Shown here: positions 46,001 to 59,369 of the stretch, piece after piece
Layout of the letters: the number at the start of each line of letters is the position of its first letter
Numbering within the stretch: position 1 is the stretch's first letter
From: Macrostomum lignano
Lineage: Eukaryota
Direction: 5' to 3'
DNA length: 64,000 nt
Assembly (NCBI GenBank): GCA_002269645.1
Contig: NIVC01000916.1
Location: 62,001 to 126,000, forward strand
Made by a program: the position numbers and the translations under genes
Notes under the pieces: generated by a model
Told to the model about the DNA's origin: nothing
Database searches by the model: none
What the model saw: only the letters and a program-made list of their open reading frames with translations

Positions 46001-49000
46001 CTCGCTGGTCCTTGCCGCGTTTCTCGCCAGCCTGTCCGCCCTGTGGGAGCCGTTCTCCTTCCAGCGCCCGGAGTCCTCCACGATATAGTTGGGAAACTTT
46101 TTCCCATTGTTGATCAGGCTGCTCACTTGGATCATTCGGGCCGAGTAGTCCGTGTTGACCGTGAGAAAGTCCTGGCGGGAGGATCGGCAGAGGGGATGGC
46201 CTTTCTTGTGGCTTCGAAATCACTCAGGGGGGTTGCAGGATTTTTTATTGAAATTGGGGGCGCAAGCACCGGGGGGCGAAAGCACCGGGGGTGCAAGCAC
46301 CGGGGGGGCGAAAGCACCGGGGGGGCGAAAGCACCGGGGGCGAAAGCACCGGGGGCGAAAGCACCGGGGGCGAAAGCACCGGGGGCGAAAGCACCGGGGG
46401 CGAAAGCACCGGGGACGCTAGCCAACCGAGTGGAGGGGGGGGGGGTGGGCGGACCCCTTTTGCCCCCTGGCTACTTCGCTGAAGTGATTCAAGATTCAAG
46501 TCAAGTCCAGTCGAGTCAATCACTGTCAGCCCCGAGCGGCGGGCGGATCAGAAAGTGCACTTGGACTTCGAGCCCCAGCCCCCAGCAGCCCACTCTCCGG
46601 TCATCTGTCCGACTTCCCATAAGCAACAATTTCACCACGGCTGAAAAGTGCACTAAACTTGGAGCGAAGTGAGGGAGAGGCGGCCACCCCACTCGAGAAC
46701 TGGACTTCATCAGCGCCAATGGCCACACCCACCCATCCCGTTGGCTAGCCTCGCAAGAGCTCTTCGAATTTATTAATTATGCAGAGAGTTCGCATCAGCT
46801 GATTACTAATAATAACCGCTGATTGCTTTGCTTCTTCACCTTCATTTGTAATCAGGCAATTGCACTGCTATTTGGCTGGCTTGGGCCTCAGATACGAGTA
46901 CTCGTATTGTAATTCCAAAAGGTATTGCCATCAAAACACCTTAAAAATTAACTTTTCGTTTTATGTTGCTATTTTTTGTCTCCACACTCTCTCTCTGACC
47001 CCTGCACACTCCCTTTGACCCCTACACACTCTCTCTGACCCCTACACACTCTCTCTGACCCCTACACACTCTCTCTGACCCCTACACACTCTCTCTGATC
47101 CCTCCACACCCTCTCTGATCCCTCCACACCCTCTCTGATCCCTCCACACCCTCTCTGATCCCTCCACACCCTCTCTGATCCCTCCACACCCTCTCTGATC
47201 CCTCCACACCCTCTCTGATCCCTCCACACCCTCTCTGATCCCTCCACACCCTCTCTAATCCCTCCACACCCTCTCTGATCCCTTCACACCCTCTCTGATC
47301 CCTTCACACCCTCCCTGACCCCACCAAACCCTCTCTGATCCCTTCACAAGCTCCCTGACTCCACCAAACCCTCTCTGATCCCTTCACAAGCTCTCTGACC
47401 CCACCAAACCCTTTCTGATCCCTTCACAAGCTCCCTGACCCCACCAAACCCTCTCTGATCCCTTCACAAGCTCTCTGACCCCACCAAACCCTCTCTGATC
47501 CCTTCACAAGCTCTCTGACCCCACCAAACCCTCTCTGATCCCTTCACAAGCTCTCTGACCCAACCAAACCCTCTCTGATCCCTCCACACCCTCTCTGATC
47601 CCTCCACACCCTCTCTGATCCCTTCACACCCTCTCTGATCCCTTCACACCCTCCCTGACCCCACCAAACCCTCTCTGATCCCTTCACAAGCTCCCTGACT
47701 CCACCAAACCCTCTCTGATCCCTTCACAAGCTCTCTGACCCCACCAAACCCTTTCTGATCCCTTCACAAGCTCCCTGACCCCACCAAACCCTCTCTGATC
47801 CCTTCACAAGCTCTCTGACCCCACCAAACCCTCTCTGATCCCTTCACAAGCTCTCTGACCCCACCAAACCCTCTCTGATCCCTTCACAAGCTCTCTGACC
47901 CCACCAAACCCTCTCTGATCCCTTCACAAGCTCCCTGACCCCACCAAACCCTCTCTGATCCCTTCACAAGCTCTCTGACCCCACCAAACCCTCTCTGATC
48001 CCTTCACAAGCTCTCTGATCCCTCCCGACCCCTCCACACCCTATCCAGCCTCCCCGCACACCCGACCCCCTCCCATTCCGCCCGCGCCTCACCTTGTGCG
48101 ACAGCTTGAAGTTGGGCGGTCCGTAGGTGAGCAGGCAGAACAGCATGCAGGCGGTGGACAGGACGAAGATCACTGAAATCACCAGCCAAGGCCGGTTGGC
48201 CAGCAGTCTGGGGTACCTGGAGCGGAACAGATGCTCGGCAATTTGTTCAGTCAATCAACTGGCAGTCAGAAGGCTGCTGGCTACCCGCCCCGACCCCTAC
48301 AAAGCACAGCGATAATATCGGATTTCGAGCTCGGCGGGCCGGGCGGAACCAAAGCAATCCGCCGGGATGGTTGCCAGGCCGCCTCCTCTGCCCAGTGCAA
48401 ATATTTGCCGCCGCTGCCCCAAGTCTGTCAGGGATTCATTTTTTCCTTTTGCCAGAGCCTCTGCCTTCAAACCGGTTGTGCGGGCGACCTGACTCGGAGT
48501 TCCGCGCGCTTTGCATCTGACTTTTGCATCTGCTTTCGGCTGGGACAGAACTACTGCACTGTGTCAACACATTTATCCGAATCTATCCCAGTCCCTCCGA
48601 ATCTATCCCAGTCCCTCCGAATCTATCCCAGTCCCTCCGAATCTATCCCAGTCCCTCCGAATCTATCCCAGTCCCTCCGAATCTATCCCGTCCCTTTGAA
48701 TCTATCTCAGTCTACTCTGAATCTATCCCAGTTCAGCTCCACTCAACTCTATCCCAGTTCCACTCAACTCTATCCCAGTTCCACTCAACTCTATCCCAGC
48801 TTCACTCAACTCTATCCCAGCTCCACTCAACTCTATCCCAGCTCCACTCAACTCTATCCCAGCTCCACTCAACTCTATCCCAGCTCCACTCAACTCTATC
48901 CCAGCTCCACTCAACTCTATCCCAGCTCCACTCAACTCTATCCCAGCTCCACTCAACTCTATCCCAGCTCCACTCAACTCTATCCCAGCTCCACTCAACT

Positions 49001-49148
49001 CTATCCCAGCTCCACTCAACTCTATCCCAGCTCCACTCAACTCTATCCCAGATATACGCGGAGGCCCAGCGAGTCTGCCTCACCAGGTGGGCTGCCTCAG
49101 CGGCGGAGGCTCGGGAAGCCGCAGCCGCCATTGCCGCTCAGCTTTCAT
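40087..49148 (-). CDS. disp: Dispatched homolog (RND/Patched superfamily, sterol-sensing domain), ~1100 aa, 9 coding exons
   Basis: Exons 49084-49148, 48093-48216, 45943-46171, 44844-45172, 43325-43891, 42505-42834, 42156-42323, 41635-42059 and 40087-41152. All junctions are GT-AG and phase-compatible (3303 nt). Motifs: GIGSDDVFV, TLQHAGLSVTVTSLTTIAAF, VWGV, GLAVDFTLHYG. Confidence 0.88.
42895..43190. repeat. GATGCG/GATGTG 6-15-bp repeat in a disp intron
   Basis: Direct inspection. Confidence 0.9.
43955..44835. repeat. 33-bp minisatellite filling a disp intron
   Basis: Unit GTGTGCTTCGTGTTGCATGTGTTGTAGCAAACA and a GAGCTGCAGC variant. Confidence 0.95.
45685..45920. repeat. 12-bp repeat (GTGAGATCCAGA)n in a disp intron
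   Basis: Direct inspection. Confidence 0.9.
46265..46415. repeat. 15-bp repeat (GCACCGGGGGCGAAA)n
   Basis: Direct inspection. Confidence 0.9.
46985..48040. repeat. 20/40-bp minisatellite (CCTCTCTGATCCCTCCACAC)n
   Basis: Direct inspection. The variant block shifts along the array. Confidence 0.93.
48585..49050. repeat. Adjacent 20-bp and 21-bp repeats sharing CTATCCCAG, in disp intron 1
   Basis: ATCTATCCCAGTCCCTCCGA followed by TATCCCAGCTCCACTCAACTC. Confidence 0.92.
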
Positions 49149-49669
49149 TTCCTCACAGGCTGGCCAGAAGCAGACAGAAGTTCGCCAATTCAAATGCCTT
49201 GCGTTCTAGGAATCAAACAACTAATTCCAGAGAAAAAAGGTCTCAAGCTCGACAGCTTGATAAAAAGAAGATTGGAACACAAAGCAGCCAGAGTGGCTCT
49301 TGTTGAGAGAGAAAGTTTCTGCAAGAACGGAGGGAGCGGCCCGCCCACCTCAGAGCAACTCTCTGCACAATGTCTCTCTGAGCTCTTGTTGCAGCAGCTC
49401 TGCCTCTAGAAGATTTTTTCATACCTTTCACTTGTTCTCAACGCATTATTCTTCTGTCGGGACTGGCGGAGCCACCTCTGTCGTAACCCCCGCCCCACCC
49501 CCTAGCGTGCAACTTGAGCTGTTCTGCTCTGTGTGCTCAGCTCTGCTCAGCTCTGTACAGCCATGCAAGTTGCTTGGGTTCGACACACTTCAGTCCTGAG
49601 TATCCGTGAGCGGCTTGGACTCGAGCTTCACTGAATTCTTTCATCTGATTTAGCTAGACTAGCAATCCA

Positions 49670-51010
49670 TTTTAGTTCTTTGCCCCACTTGGCTAGTTTA
49701 GCAATCCATTCTATTCCTGCATCAATGATAGGCTAGATTAGCAATCCATTCTATTCCTGCATTCATGATAGGCTAGATTAGCAATCCATTCTATTCCTGC
49801 ATTCATGATAGGCTAGATTAGCAATCCATTCTATTCCTGCATTCATGATAGGCTAGATTAGCAATCCATTCTATTCCTGCATCCATGATAGGCTAGATTA
49901 GCAATCCATTCTATTCCTGCATCCATGATAGGCTAGATTAGCAATCCATTCTATTCCTGCATCCATGATAGTCTAGATTAGCAATCCATTCTATTCCTGC
50001 ATCCATGATAGGCTGGATTAGCAATCCATTCTACTCCTGCATCCATGATAGGCTAGATTAGCAATCCATTCTATTCCTGCACCCATGATAGTCTAGATTA
50101 GCAATCCATTCTATTCCTGCATCCATGATAGTCTAGATTAGCAATCCATTCTATTCCTGCATCAATGATAGGCTAGATTAGCAATCCATTCTATTCCTGC
50201 ATTCATGATAGGCTAGATTAGCAATCCATTCTATTCCTGCATTCATGATAGGCTAGATTAGCAATCCATTCTATTCCTGCATCCATGACTGGCTAGATTA
50301 GCAATCCATTCTATTCCTGCATTCATGATAGGCTAGATTAGCAATCCATTCTATTCCTGCATCCATGATAGGCTAGATTAGCAATCCATTCTATTCCTGC
50401 ATCCGTGATAGTCTAGATTAGCAATCCATTCTATTCCTGCACCCATGATAGGCTAGATTAGCAATCCATTCTATTCCTGCATCCATGATAGTCTAGATTA
50501 GCAATCCATTCTATTCCTGCATCAATGATAGGCTAGATTAGCAATCCATTCTATTCCTGCATCCATGATAGGCTAGATTAGCAATCCATTCTATTCCTGC
50601 ATCAATGATAGGCTAGATTAGCAATCCATTCTATTCCTGCATCCATGATAGGCTAGATTAGCAATCCATTCTATTCCTGCATCAATGATAGGCTAGATTA
50701 GCAATCTATTCTATTCCTGCATCCATGATGTAGGCTAGATTAGCAATCCATTCTATTCCTGCATCCATGATAGGCTAGATTAGCAATCCATTCTATTCCT
50801 GCATCCATGATAGGCTAGATTAGCAATCCATTCTATTCCTGCATCCATGATGTAGGCTAGATTAGCAATCCATTCTATTCCTACATCCATGATAGGCTAG
50901 ATTAGCAATCCATTCTATTCCTACATCCATGATAGGCTAGATTAGCAATCCATTCTATTCCTGCATCCATGATAGGCTAGATTAGCAATCCATTCTACTC
51001 CTGCATCCCT
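49670..51010. repeat. 40-bp minisatellite (GCTAGATTAGCAATCCATTCTATTCCTGCATCCATGATAG)n
   Basis: About 32 near-identical copies with no spacers. Confidence 0.96.
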
Positions 51011-52489
51011 TCACTTTTCAGGTATTAGTCCTTTCACTCGTGAAAAACTATATTTTCCTTTTCCCGGTGGGGGAAGCGGATTTCTCAAAAACTCAAAGAT
51101 CTTGAAATTCGGAAATCCCATATCCTCAATAGCACAAAAATCTTCCACCGCAGCCCCCCCCCTCCCCCCAGCTCAAAAAGTCGCGGGATAGGAAAGAATC
51201 TGAAAGAGGTAAGGAAGGCTGAAGTTTGAATAGCGGGACTCCTGTGACTGGATAATCCCTCATTTGAAGCCTTCCGAAACACGCAATGGAATCTCCGAGT
51301 GTCTGGGGCTTGGCTGATCCCCGCATCTCCATCCGAGCGCGGCTTTGATGCGGCCTCAGCCTCCGCTTGCATGGCATCGTAAGCCCCTCAAACAGGAGAT
51401 CCCAGTGCGCTCTTAGCGGCCAGCCGCTTCTTAAAAAACGAGGGAGTTTGACCTGTCAGCCCAATCTCCCTCACCATCACTGCCTCTCTCACCCTCTCCC
51501 TGCCCTCCTTTTCTCTACCCTCCCTCTTTTCTATTCTCCCTCACTACCCTTCTCTCACCCCCTCTCTCCCTCATCCTTTCTCTTTCTTCCCTTCTCCTCT
51601 TCCTCTTTCTTTCTTCTTCCCATGTTCCCCTCTTCCTATTCCCTTTGTTTTCTTCCTCTCTCTCTCTCTTTTCCCCTCCCCTGTTCCCTTCTCCCTGATC
51701 CCCTCTCCCTGTTCCCCTCTCCTCCTCCCCTCTACCTGTTCCCATCTCTTATTCTCCTCTCCCTGCCTCTCCCTTCTCTCATTACCCCCTCAATTTTCCT
51801 CAACCTGAATCGGGCCCCTAAAAACTGCCGTCTAAGCTCGCATTTCCAATGCAATTCGCTTCAATTTTTTATTCCCAAAAGATTCCGTAGGCATTGATTT
51901 CCAACACGTGCCAAACACCTGGCTAGCAGTGCAGAACGGATCTCAGGGGAGAAGCAGCTTTCGATGAAGAGAATGGGAGAATGGGGCATCGATCCCGCGA
52001 CCGGGGGACGGAGGCGGGCGGTTCTCCATCTCCCTGTCTCGGGATAATCCATCGCCAGCAGCAAGGCGAAGTTTGAAGCGATTTCGATTACAAAACGCTG
52101 GCTGGTAACGCACTGGCTTTGCCTGCGGTTAACGACAGGCAGATGAAGTGCCGAGAGAGCGGCGGGGCTGTGGCATCAGCAGCCTGCGACTGCATGGCTC
52201 AGCTGTCTAACACAGACAGGGGCTGGTGTAGTGTGGATGCATTTGAATTTGCATTTGCTTTCTCTGGCTGGCCACAACGGATTGCCCAGGAGTGTCGTGA
52301 GAACCCGGGGCACCGGGCAGATTGCTTACTTCTCTCACTGCGGCTGCGGTGCGATAACTGCTCCAACTTTTGTCTGTGTTGCCTTCCACGGTGCCCAATT
52401 TGCCTGCACCCTGCTGAGTGCATCCTGAGGTCAGCAATTTGCATCTGACGCCCTGTCCACTCTGTGCGTCCTCTCCCTGCACTCTGTCC

Positions 52490-52537
52490 ATTATCCTCTC
52501 CCACCTCCTCTCTCCCCTCTCCCCTCTTTCTTCCCCC

Positions 52538-52594
<57 letters not shown>

Positions 52595-53158
52595 CTCTCC
52601 CTCTCTCCTCTCTCTCCTCTCTCTCCTCTCTCCTCTCTCTCCTCTCTCTCCTCTCTCTCCCTCTCTCTCCTCTCTCCTCTCTCTCCTCTCTCCTCTCTCT
52701 CCTCTCCCCTCTCTCTCTCTCTCCTCTCTCCTCTCTCTCCTCTCTCTCCTCTCTCTCCTCTCCCTCTCTCCTCTCTCTCCTCTCTCCTCTCTCTCCTCTC
52801 TCTCCTCTCTCTCCTCTCCCCTCTCTCCTCTCTCCTCTCTCTCATCTCTCTCCTCTCTCATCTTCCCTCTCTCCTCTCTCTCCTCTCTCCTCTCTCTCAT
52901 CTCTCTCCTCTCTCATCTTCCCTCTCTCCTCTCTCTCCTCTCTCCTCTCTCTCCTCTCTCCTCTCTCTCCTCTCTCTCCTCTCTCTCCTCTCCTCTCTCT
53001 CCTCTCTCCTCTCTCTCATCTCTCTCCTCTCTCATCTTCCCTCTCTCCTCTCTCTCCTCTCTCCTCTCTCTCATCTCTCTCCTCTCTCATCTTCCCTCTC
53101 TCCTCTCTCTCCTCTCTCATCTTCCCTCTCTCCTCTCTCTCCTTTCTCTCCTCTCTCA
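52490..53158. repeat. CT-rich microsatellite/low-complexity tract
   Basis: Direct inspection. Confidence 0.93.
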
Positions 53159-53864
53159 GTATAGAATCGCAGCACAAGCAGCCATAGGTGGGCAGCTCAG
53201 TATAGAATCGCAGTACACAATTGAAATGCGCAAACAGCTGGCTTGAGCCGCCGCCACCGCCTCTAAGAGCCGCTGAGCTGTCAATCAAACCTATCGGATA
53301 ATGTCCTCTGGCTAAAGGGAGGATTAACGCTAACTGTAACAGAGGAGCCGGATAAGATAACCTCACGTGATCGGAGCGGGGGCGGGGCGGACCAAGCCAC
53401 TTGGATGACCCACTGGACTTTAGCCCACCTACCAGTTAGAAGGAAATTTATCGGACAAATTTGAAAAAAAAAATGCGTAACCTTGGTTTATTGTTTAAAT
53501 TAATATTAGAATTTTGTTATAGTCTGGATATTACTAATTTAATTTCACGTTGAACTCTAAATTTTACAGCACGAGAGGGTTGGTGAGCATTTATTTTATT
53601 CTAATATTTATTTTAAGCCAGTTTCCACATTGCTCTGCGCACAGCCCGGTCCTCAGGTGGGCAATAAAGCACCTGCCAATCAAATCGGACTTCACCCATT
53701 GTTAGGGCCACCCACCGTGAATTTTCAAAAGCTCAGGATCGCCTGGTTCCTCCTGCCAGCCTGCCTGCTTGGGATATATTTGCTTGCCTGCACTTCTATC
53801 CCCGGCTAGCGGGAGCGACTGAGTAAACAGGCGAAACTGGCGCGGACTGAGGATTAAGGCTTTG

Positions 53865-54405
53865 AGGGCGGGAGAGAGGGCGGGAGAGAGAGCGGGAGAG
53901 AGAGCGGGAGGGAGAGCGGGAGAGAGAGCGGGAGAGAGGGCAGGAGAGAGGGCGGGAGGGGGCGGGAGAGAGGGCGGGAGGGAGGCGGGAGGGAGGGCGG
54001 AGAGAGGGCGGGAGAGGGCGGGAGGGAGGGCGGGAAGGAGGGCCGGAGGGAGGGCGGGAGAGAGAGTGGGAGAGAGAGCGGGAGAGAGAGCGGGAGAGAG
54101 GGCAGGAGAGAGGGCGGGAGAGAGGGCGGGAGAGAGGGTGGGAGAGAGAGCGGGAGAGAGAGTGGGAGAGGGCGGGAGAGAGGGCGAGAGGGAGGGCCGG
54201 AGGGAGGGCGGGAGAGAGAGTGGGAGAGAGCGGGAGAGAGAGAGAGAGAGCGGGAGAGAGAGCGGAGAGAGAGCGGGAGAGAGGGCGGGAGAGAGAGCGG
54301 GAGAGAGGGCGGGAGAGAGAGCGGGAGAGAGGGCAGGAGAGAGGGCGGTAGGGAGGGCGGGAGACAGGTCGGGAGAGAGAGCGGGAGGGAGGGCAGGAGA
54401 GATAA
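53865..54405. repeat. GA-rich ~12-bp repeat (GCGGGAGAGAG)
   Basis: Direct inspection. Confidence 0.92.
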
Positions 54406-54884
54406 AGCAAAGCAGCGGGCAGGCCCTGTGATAGCAGGATGTCTCCAGCTAGAAGAGTCAATAAGCGACACGGAAAACTTTTTTACAAAACACAGAACGC
54501 GAAAAGATTTTTCCATTTTTTGATCCATGGAATGCTTCCGAAATTCTTCCGCCCTCTTCTTTGTTGGCTGACAGAAGCAGAGTCCCAGCCACCCCCAAGG
54601 CCGGGTCTCCTGAGGATAAATCGCCCCTGCTGGCTCACCAAGCGGACAGTTCTCTCTTGTCTCCATGTTTGCATCTGGGAGTTGGAGTGGACAAGGGCAG
54701 TTTGGACAATCGAGCGGCTTTATCGTTCGAGAAATGGGCGGCATTTCTCCGTAATTTTCAGGTTTCGATTTTGTAAAAACCCCCGCTTTTATTGCGGCAT
54801 TGACGGACAGGCGCCACTCAGCGCGAAATTGAGCGACGGTAAAAGCGCTGAAAGGGTTCGATGCCAGTGAGCAGGGGAACGAGG

Positions 54885-54892
54885 CTGTCTGC

Positions 54893-54951
<59 letters not shown>

Positions 54952-55046
54952 GCCTGTCTGTCTGCCTGTCTGTCTGTCTGTCTGTCTGCCTGTCTGTCTG
55001 CCTGTCTGTCTGTCTGTCTGTCTGTATGTCTGTCTGTCTGTCTTAG

Positions 55047-55091
<45 letters not shown>

Positions 55092-55092
55092 T

Positions 55093-55159
<67 letters not shown>

Positions 55160-55215
55160 GCCTTTCTGTCTGTCTGCCTGTCATTTCATTCTGTCTGTCT
55201 CTGTCTGTATGTCTG
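54885..55215. repeat. (TCTG)n microsatellite
   Basis: Direct inspection. Confidence 0.95.
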
Positions 55216-56134
55216 TAGTAAGGATACACTGGGACAGACACTAGGACTCCAACTCCTAGGGCCGCAGTGGCATCGCCATTCCCAGTGCCCCGGGCGCACA
55301 GGCAGCCCCAGCTGGCACCCCAGGCCAGAGCCAGGCGCACAGGCAGCCCCAGCTGGCACCCCAGGCCAAAGTCAGGCGCACACAGTGAAGCAGCAGCCAA
55401 TGGATCTGCTGGCTGCACTTTTACAAGCTTGCCAGCAAAAGATGCAGTCGGGCTAAAAATAGCAGCCACTTCATGCGAATGAATTTCTCTCTCTGCTAGG
55501 CGGCCCCTTTATTGATCAGCGAACCCCGAGGGGCGGGGGCTTGAGACCCCTCAGCTCACGGCTGACTGGCTTTAAGAGATGCCAGTTTAAGAAGTTTGCT
55601 GACAATGACAATGTGATTGGTAGAGCCAGCGCCTGGGCAAAAGAAAGGAAAGTCAAGCAAAGGAATTAGATATGCACTAAATTCTGAAGATATGTAACGA
55701 TTGGTGACAGCATTGGTAACAGAATGCAAAAATGCAGTGCTGAGCGGCTGGGCAGAGAGACATGGGACAGCAGCACCGAGCAGGCAAGCATGTGAACACG
55801 CAGATTCGGTCTTCCAGTCACAACTGGGAGCTCCTGGTTTCTCGTCTCTACCCAGAAAACTTCGGGTTTTGGGGCTGAGGACTCTGTTGACAGACAGTCG
55901 CTGCTCTGCTGCCGTGTCTCCTCCAGCCTCTCGTCATTCTTCATCTACTCTGCTATCGATTTCGTGTCCACCCGTACGGTGGAATCCAGTTTTCCACTCA
56001 CTTCCCTGTTTGCCCCATCGCCCCACTTGGCGAAGGTTTCCCAAGCTCTCCAAGTTCCGGAGCAGCTGGCCCGCCTTTCTGCAGGGTGGGGACTCAAGCG
56101 GTTTAAGGGAGATTCTGAGCCAAACTGAGGGTGT

Positions 56135-56512
56135 CAGGTTTGTTAAACTGGGGTGTCAGGTGAGTTAAACTGGGGTGTCAGGTGAGTTAAACTGGGGTGT
56201 CAGGTGAGTTAAACTGGGGTGTCAGGTGAGTTAAACTGGGGTGTCAGGTGAGTTAAACTGGAGTGTCAGGTCTGTTAAACTGGAGTGTCAGGTCTGTTAA
56301 ACTGGAGTGTCAGGTTTGTTAAACTGGAGTGTCAGGTGAGCCAAACTAAGGTGTCAGGTGAGTTAAACTGGGGTGTCAGGTGAGTTAAACTGGGGTGTCA
56401 GGTTTGTTAAACTGGGGTGTCAGGTGAGTTAAACTGGGGTGTCAGGTGAGTTAAACTGGAGTGTCAGGTGAGTTAAACTGGGGTGTCAGGTGAGCTAAAC
56501 TGGGGTGTCAGG
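56135..56512. repeat. 22-bp repeat (AAACTGGGGTGTCAGGTGAGTT)n
   Basis: Direct inspection. Confidence 0.93.
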
Positions 56513-57849
56513 TACATTGCCCAAGGCTGACAGCAAGCAATAGCCGGAGGTTCTGTGCCCCAGCCTGCGGACACCAGCTAGTTAAGGCAACGGACAGCCA
56601 AGCGAGGCGAACAGACAAAAAATTCCTAAGCTGTCCGAATTTAACGAGCGGGGGATTCATGCGCAGTTCGGCAATTAAAAATCCCCGCGGGCAAGGAAAA
56701 AACGCTGCCGCTTCCAGCTTCTCGATCATTCTTCATCGCAAAACTACTGAAGGGAGGCGGGGGGTGGCAGCGCAGGAGGTCCTGACGGATGGGCCTGCGG
56801 CATCGAGCCCGCCTCTCTCTCTCTCAGCAGAAAGATGATTTCGCAGAAGACGGACAAGCCCCGAGGGTTCCGTCATGGACAGGCCGGTCTGCTGGTAACG
56901 CATTGGATATCCCCCCCCCCAGCAACACTGCGTCTTCTCCTAGTTGCCCGAGTTTAGCAGACCCATTAGGCCATGAGAATCTTTATTTTAGCTCACCTGC
57001 CCAGCGGGGAGCAGCAGACCGGGCAGCTTTCTGACATGACTGGGCCCGGGTTCGAATCCTGCTTCCTGTCCAGATGGAGTCTCGCGCGGTATTTCTTGGA
57101 ATAAAAAAACAAGCGGAAAACTTCGTCAATCGGCAGACAGAGTTACAGGCGGGCAGACACGAACTGCAGGCTGTGCCCAGGTTTAATACTCTCTGACTTT
57201 GACTTTCCTTGGGCCTCCAACCTTCCCTCCATGCCTTTCCCGTGCCGCAGAGGCCGCTAATTGGACCAGGAGGCTCAGTTCCTCTTGGCAGCAGTAGAGA
57301 GAGGGTGTGGGGAGGGGATCATGGGCAGACAGGCTGGGCCCAAATCAGCAGCGCCAAGGAGCACCGGGCATAGGGATCTGGGCTACTTGGACCTCCTCAG
57401 TCCCCTGTCGCTAGGAAGTGAGAACAATGGACCCCGCGTGCAGACTTCTCTTCTTAGAAGCAACTCTCAGACGGCCTTGATAATGAATTGAAGTGCGCCA
57501 ACCTGGAGGAGCCAGGAAAGCCGCGGTGTGTGGGAGGGAGACACAATTAAGCAGACAGACCGCTGCGCATCTTTGCGTGCGCGCTAATGATGGCCTGAAG
57601 CTGCGGGGCTCTGCCCGGCCTGGGGAATGTCATTCAAGCGTCCCCAGCGGGTCTGAGACTTCCGACTTCAAGCGCAAGTTAAGTTAATTGTTAACAAATT
57701 GTTCAGACTGGATGGGAGCAAACTGAAATAATTCAATGTACTTACTTATGCCCCAGCAACTTGAACTCTTTGTCATATCCCAAAATCATACAGATCCTAT
57801 AGTCCCTGATATCACATCCCTCCTAGATATCCCGAATTCTGATTATCCC

Positions 57850-58560
57850 AGATATGCCTCAATTCAAGATATCTCCCACAATATTCCATAATCCCAGATA
57901 TCCCACAATACCCCCAATCCCAGATATCACACAATATCCAGCAATCCCAGATATCACACAATATCCAGCAATCCCAGATATCCCACAATCCCAGATATCC
58001 AACAATCCCAGATATACCACAATCCCAGATATACCACAATCCCAGATATGCCACAATCCCAGATATGCCACAATCCCAGATATGCCACAATCCCAGATAT
58101 ACCACAATCCCAGATATCCCACAATCCCAGATATCCAACAATCCCAGATATCCAACAATCCCAGATATCCCACAATCCCAGATATACCACAATCCCAGAT
58201 ATCCCACAATCCCAGATATCCCACAATCCCAGATATCCCACAATCCCAGATATCACACAATCCCAGATATCACACAATCCCAGATATCCCACAATACCCC
58301 CAATCCCAGATATCACAAAATATCCAGCAATCCCAGATATCCCACAATCCCAGATATCCAACAATCCCAGATATACCACAATCCCAGATATCCCACAATC
58401 CCAGATATCCCACAATCCCAGATATCACACAATCCCAGATATCACACAATCCCAGATATCACACAATCCCAGATATGCCACAATCCCAGATATCACACAA
58501 TCCCAGATATCACACAATCCCCGATATCCCACAATCCCAGATATGCCACAATCCCAGGGT
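57850..58560. repeat. 17-bp repeat (AATCCCAGATATCCCAC)n
   Basis: Direct inspection. Confidence 0.93.
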
Positions 58561-59369
58561 TGTGATTGGCAATGCTCGCGCAATGAACTGACTACTGACA
58601 ATGAACTATTGGCCTTATCTCTGCTCAGAGATAGAGGCTCTGCATATGTCTGCAGCTGCCGCTATGATGACTAAATGAAATTCACTTAGACTAAACTCAA
58701 GTCATGGAAGGGTTTAAATACGTGGCACTTGACTAAATCGATTCCACTTCTTTACTATAGTCTATGGTAAAGCCCGAGTGCTGACTTAATCAAACTCACT
58801 CTTTTAGGACTGAGCTGGCCAAAGACTAAATAAACTTCACTTATGTCCAAGAAATTGTTAAAAGGTGTATTTATCAAATTCTGTGGTATTTATATAAGAT
58901 ACGCTCGTAAATGATTTATCCGTGAATGTTTTAAGGCTAAAGAGACGAAAATAAACAACTTGAAATGTTGTGTCAGAAAATCTATGAAAAAATGAGTACA
59001 TAATTTTATAAAAAAATATTCCTCTTTGTATTTATCAACATCTTTATAAAAAGCTTTAAAAGCAGCATATTTCGATTTGTAGTCATGGCCAGTGCAAAAT
59101 TAAAACAAAAATAGCAACAGCTGAGCCAACCGGCCAATGGAATGCAGCAATTTCCGTGCAGGAAACGCAAATACTATTGAACTTACAGGAGATATTACTG
59201 AAAGTAGAAAAATAAATGTTAAGCTAAAAATAGAATCCACAATCACAAATAGAAAACTCTGATATAATTTTTTCTGTTAGCACACTGGAAGTAGACAGCG
59301 GGATGTGGCGGTTATAAACAGCAGTCAGTCCTGGGCCGGAAGTACCACCGACGCGGGTGCGAGCAGTGG

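Noticed and set aside
49670-51010. CRISPR-like regular array
   Set aside because: The units are contiguous with no unique spacers, no cas genes are present, and the context is eukaryotic.
52199-55469. Arg/Glu-, Ser/Leu- and Pro-rich ORFs
   Set aside because: They are translations of CT, GA and TCTG microsatellites.
51010-57800. Possible additional gene in the unique islands between arrays (GC box near 53380)
   Set aside because: There are no recognisable domains and I could not build a consistent splice model.
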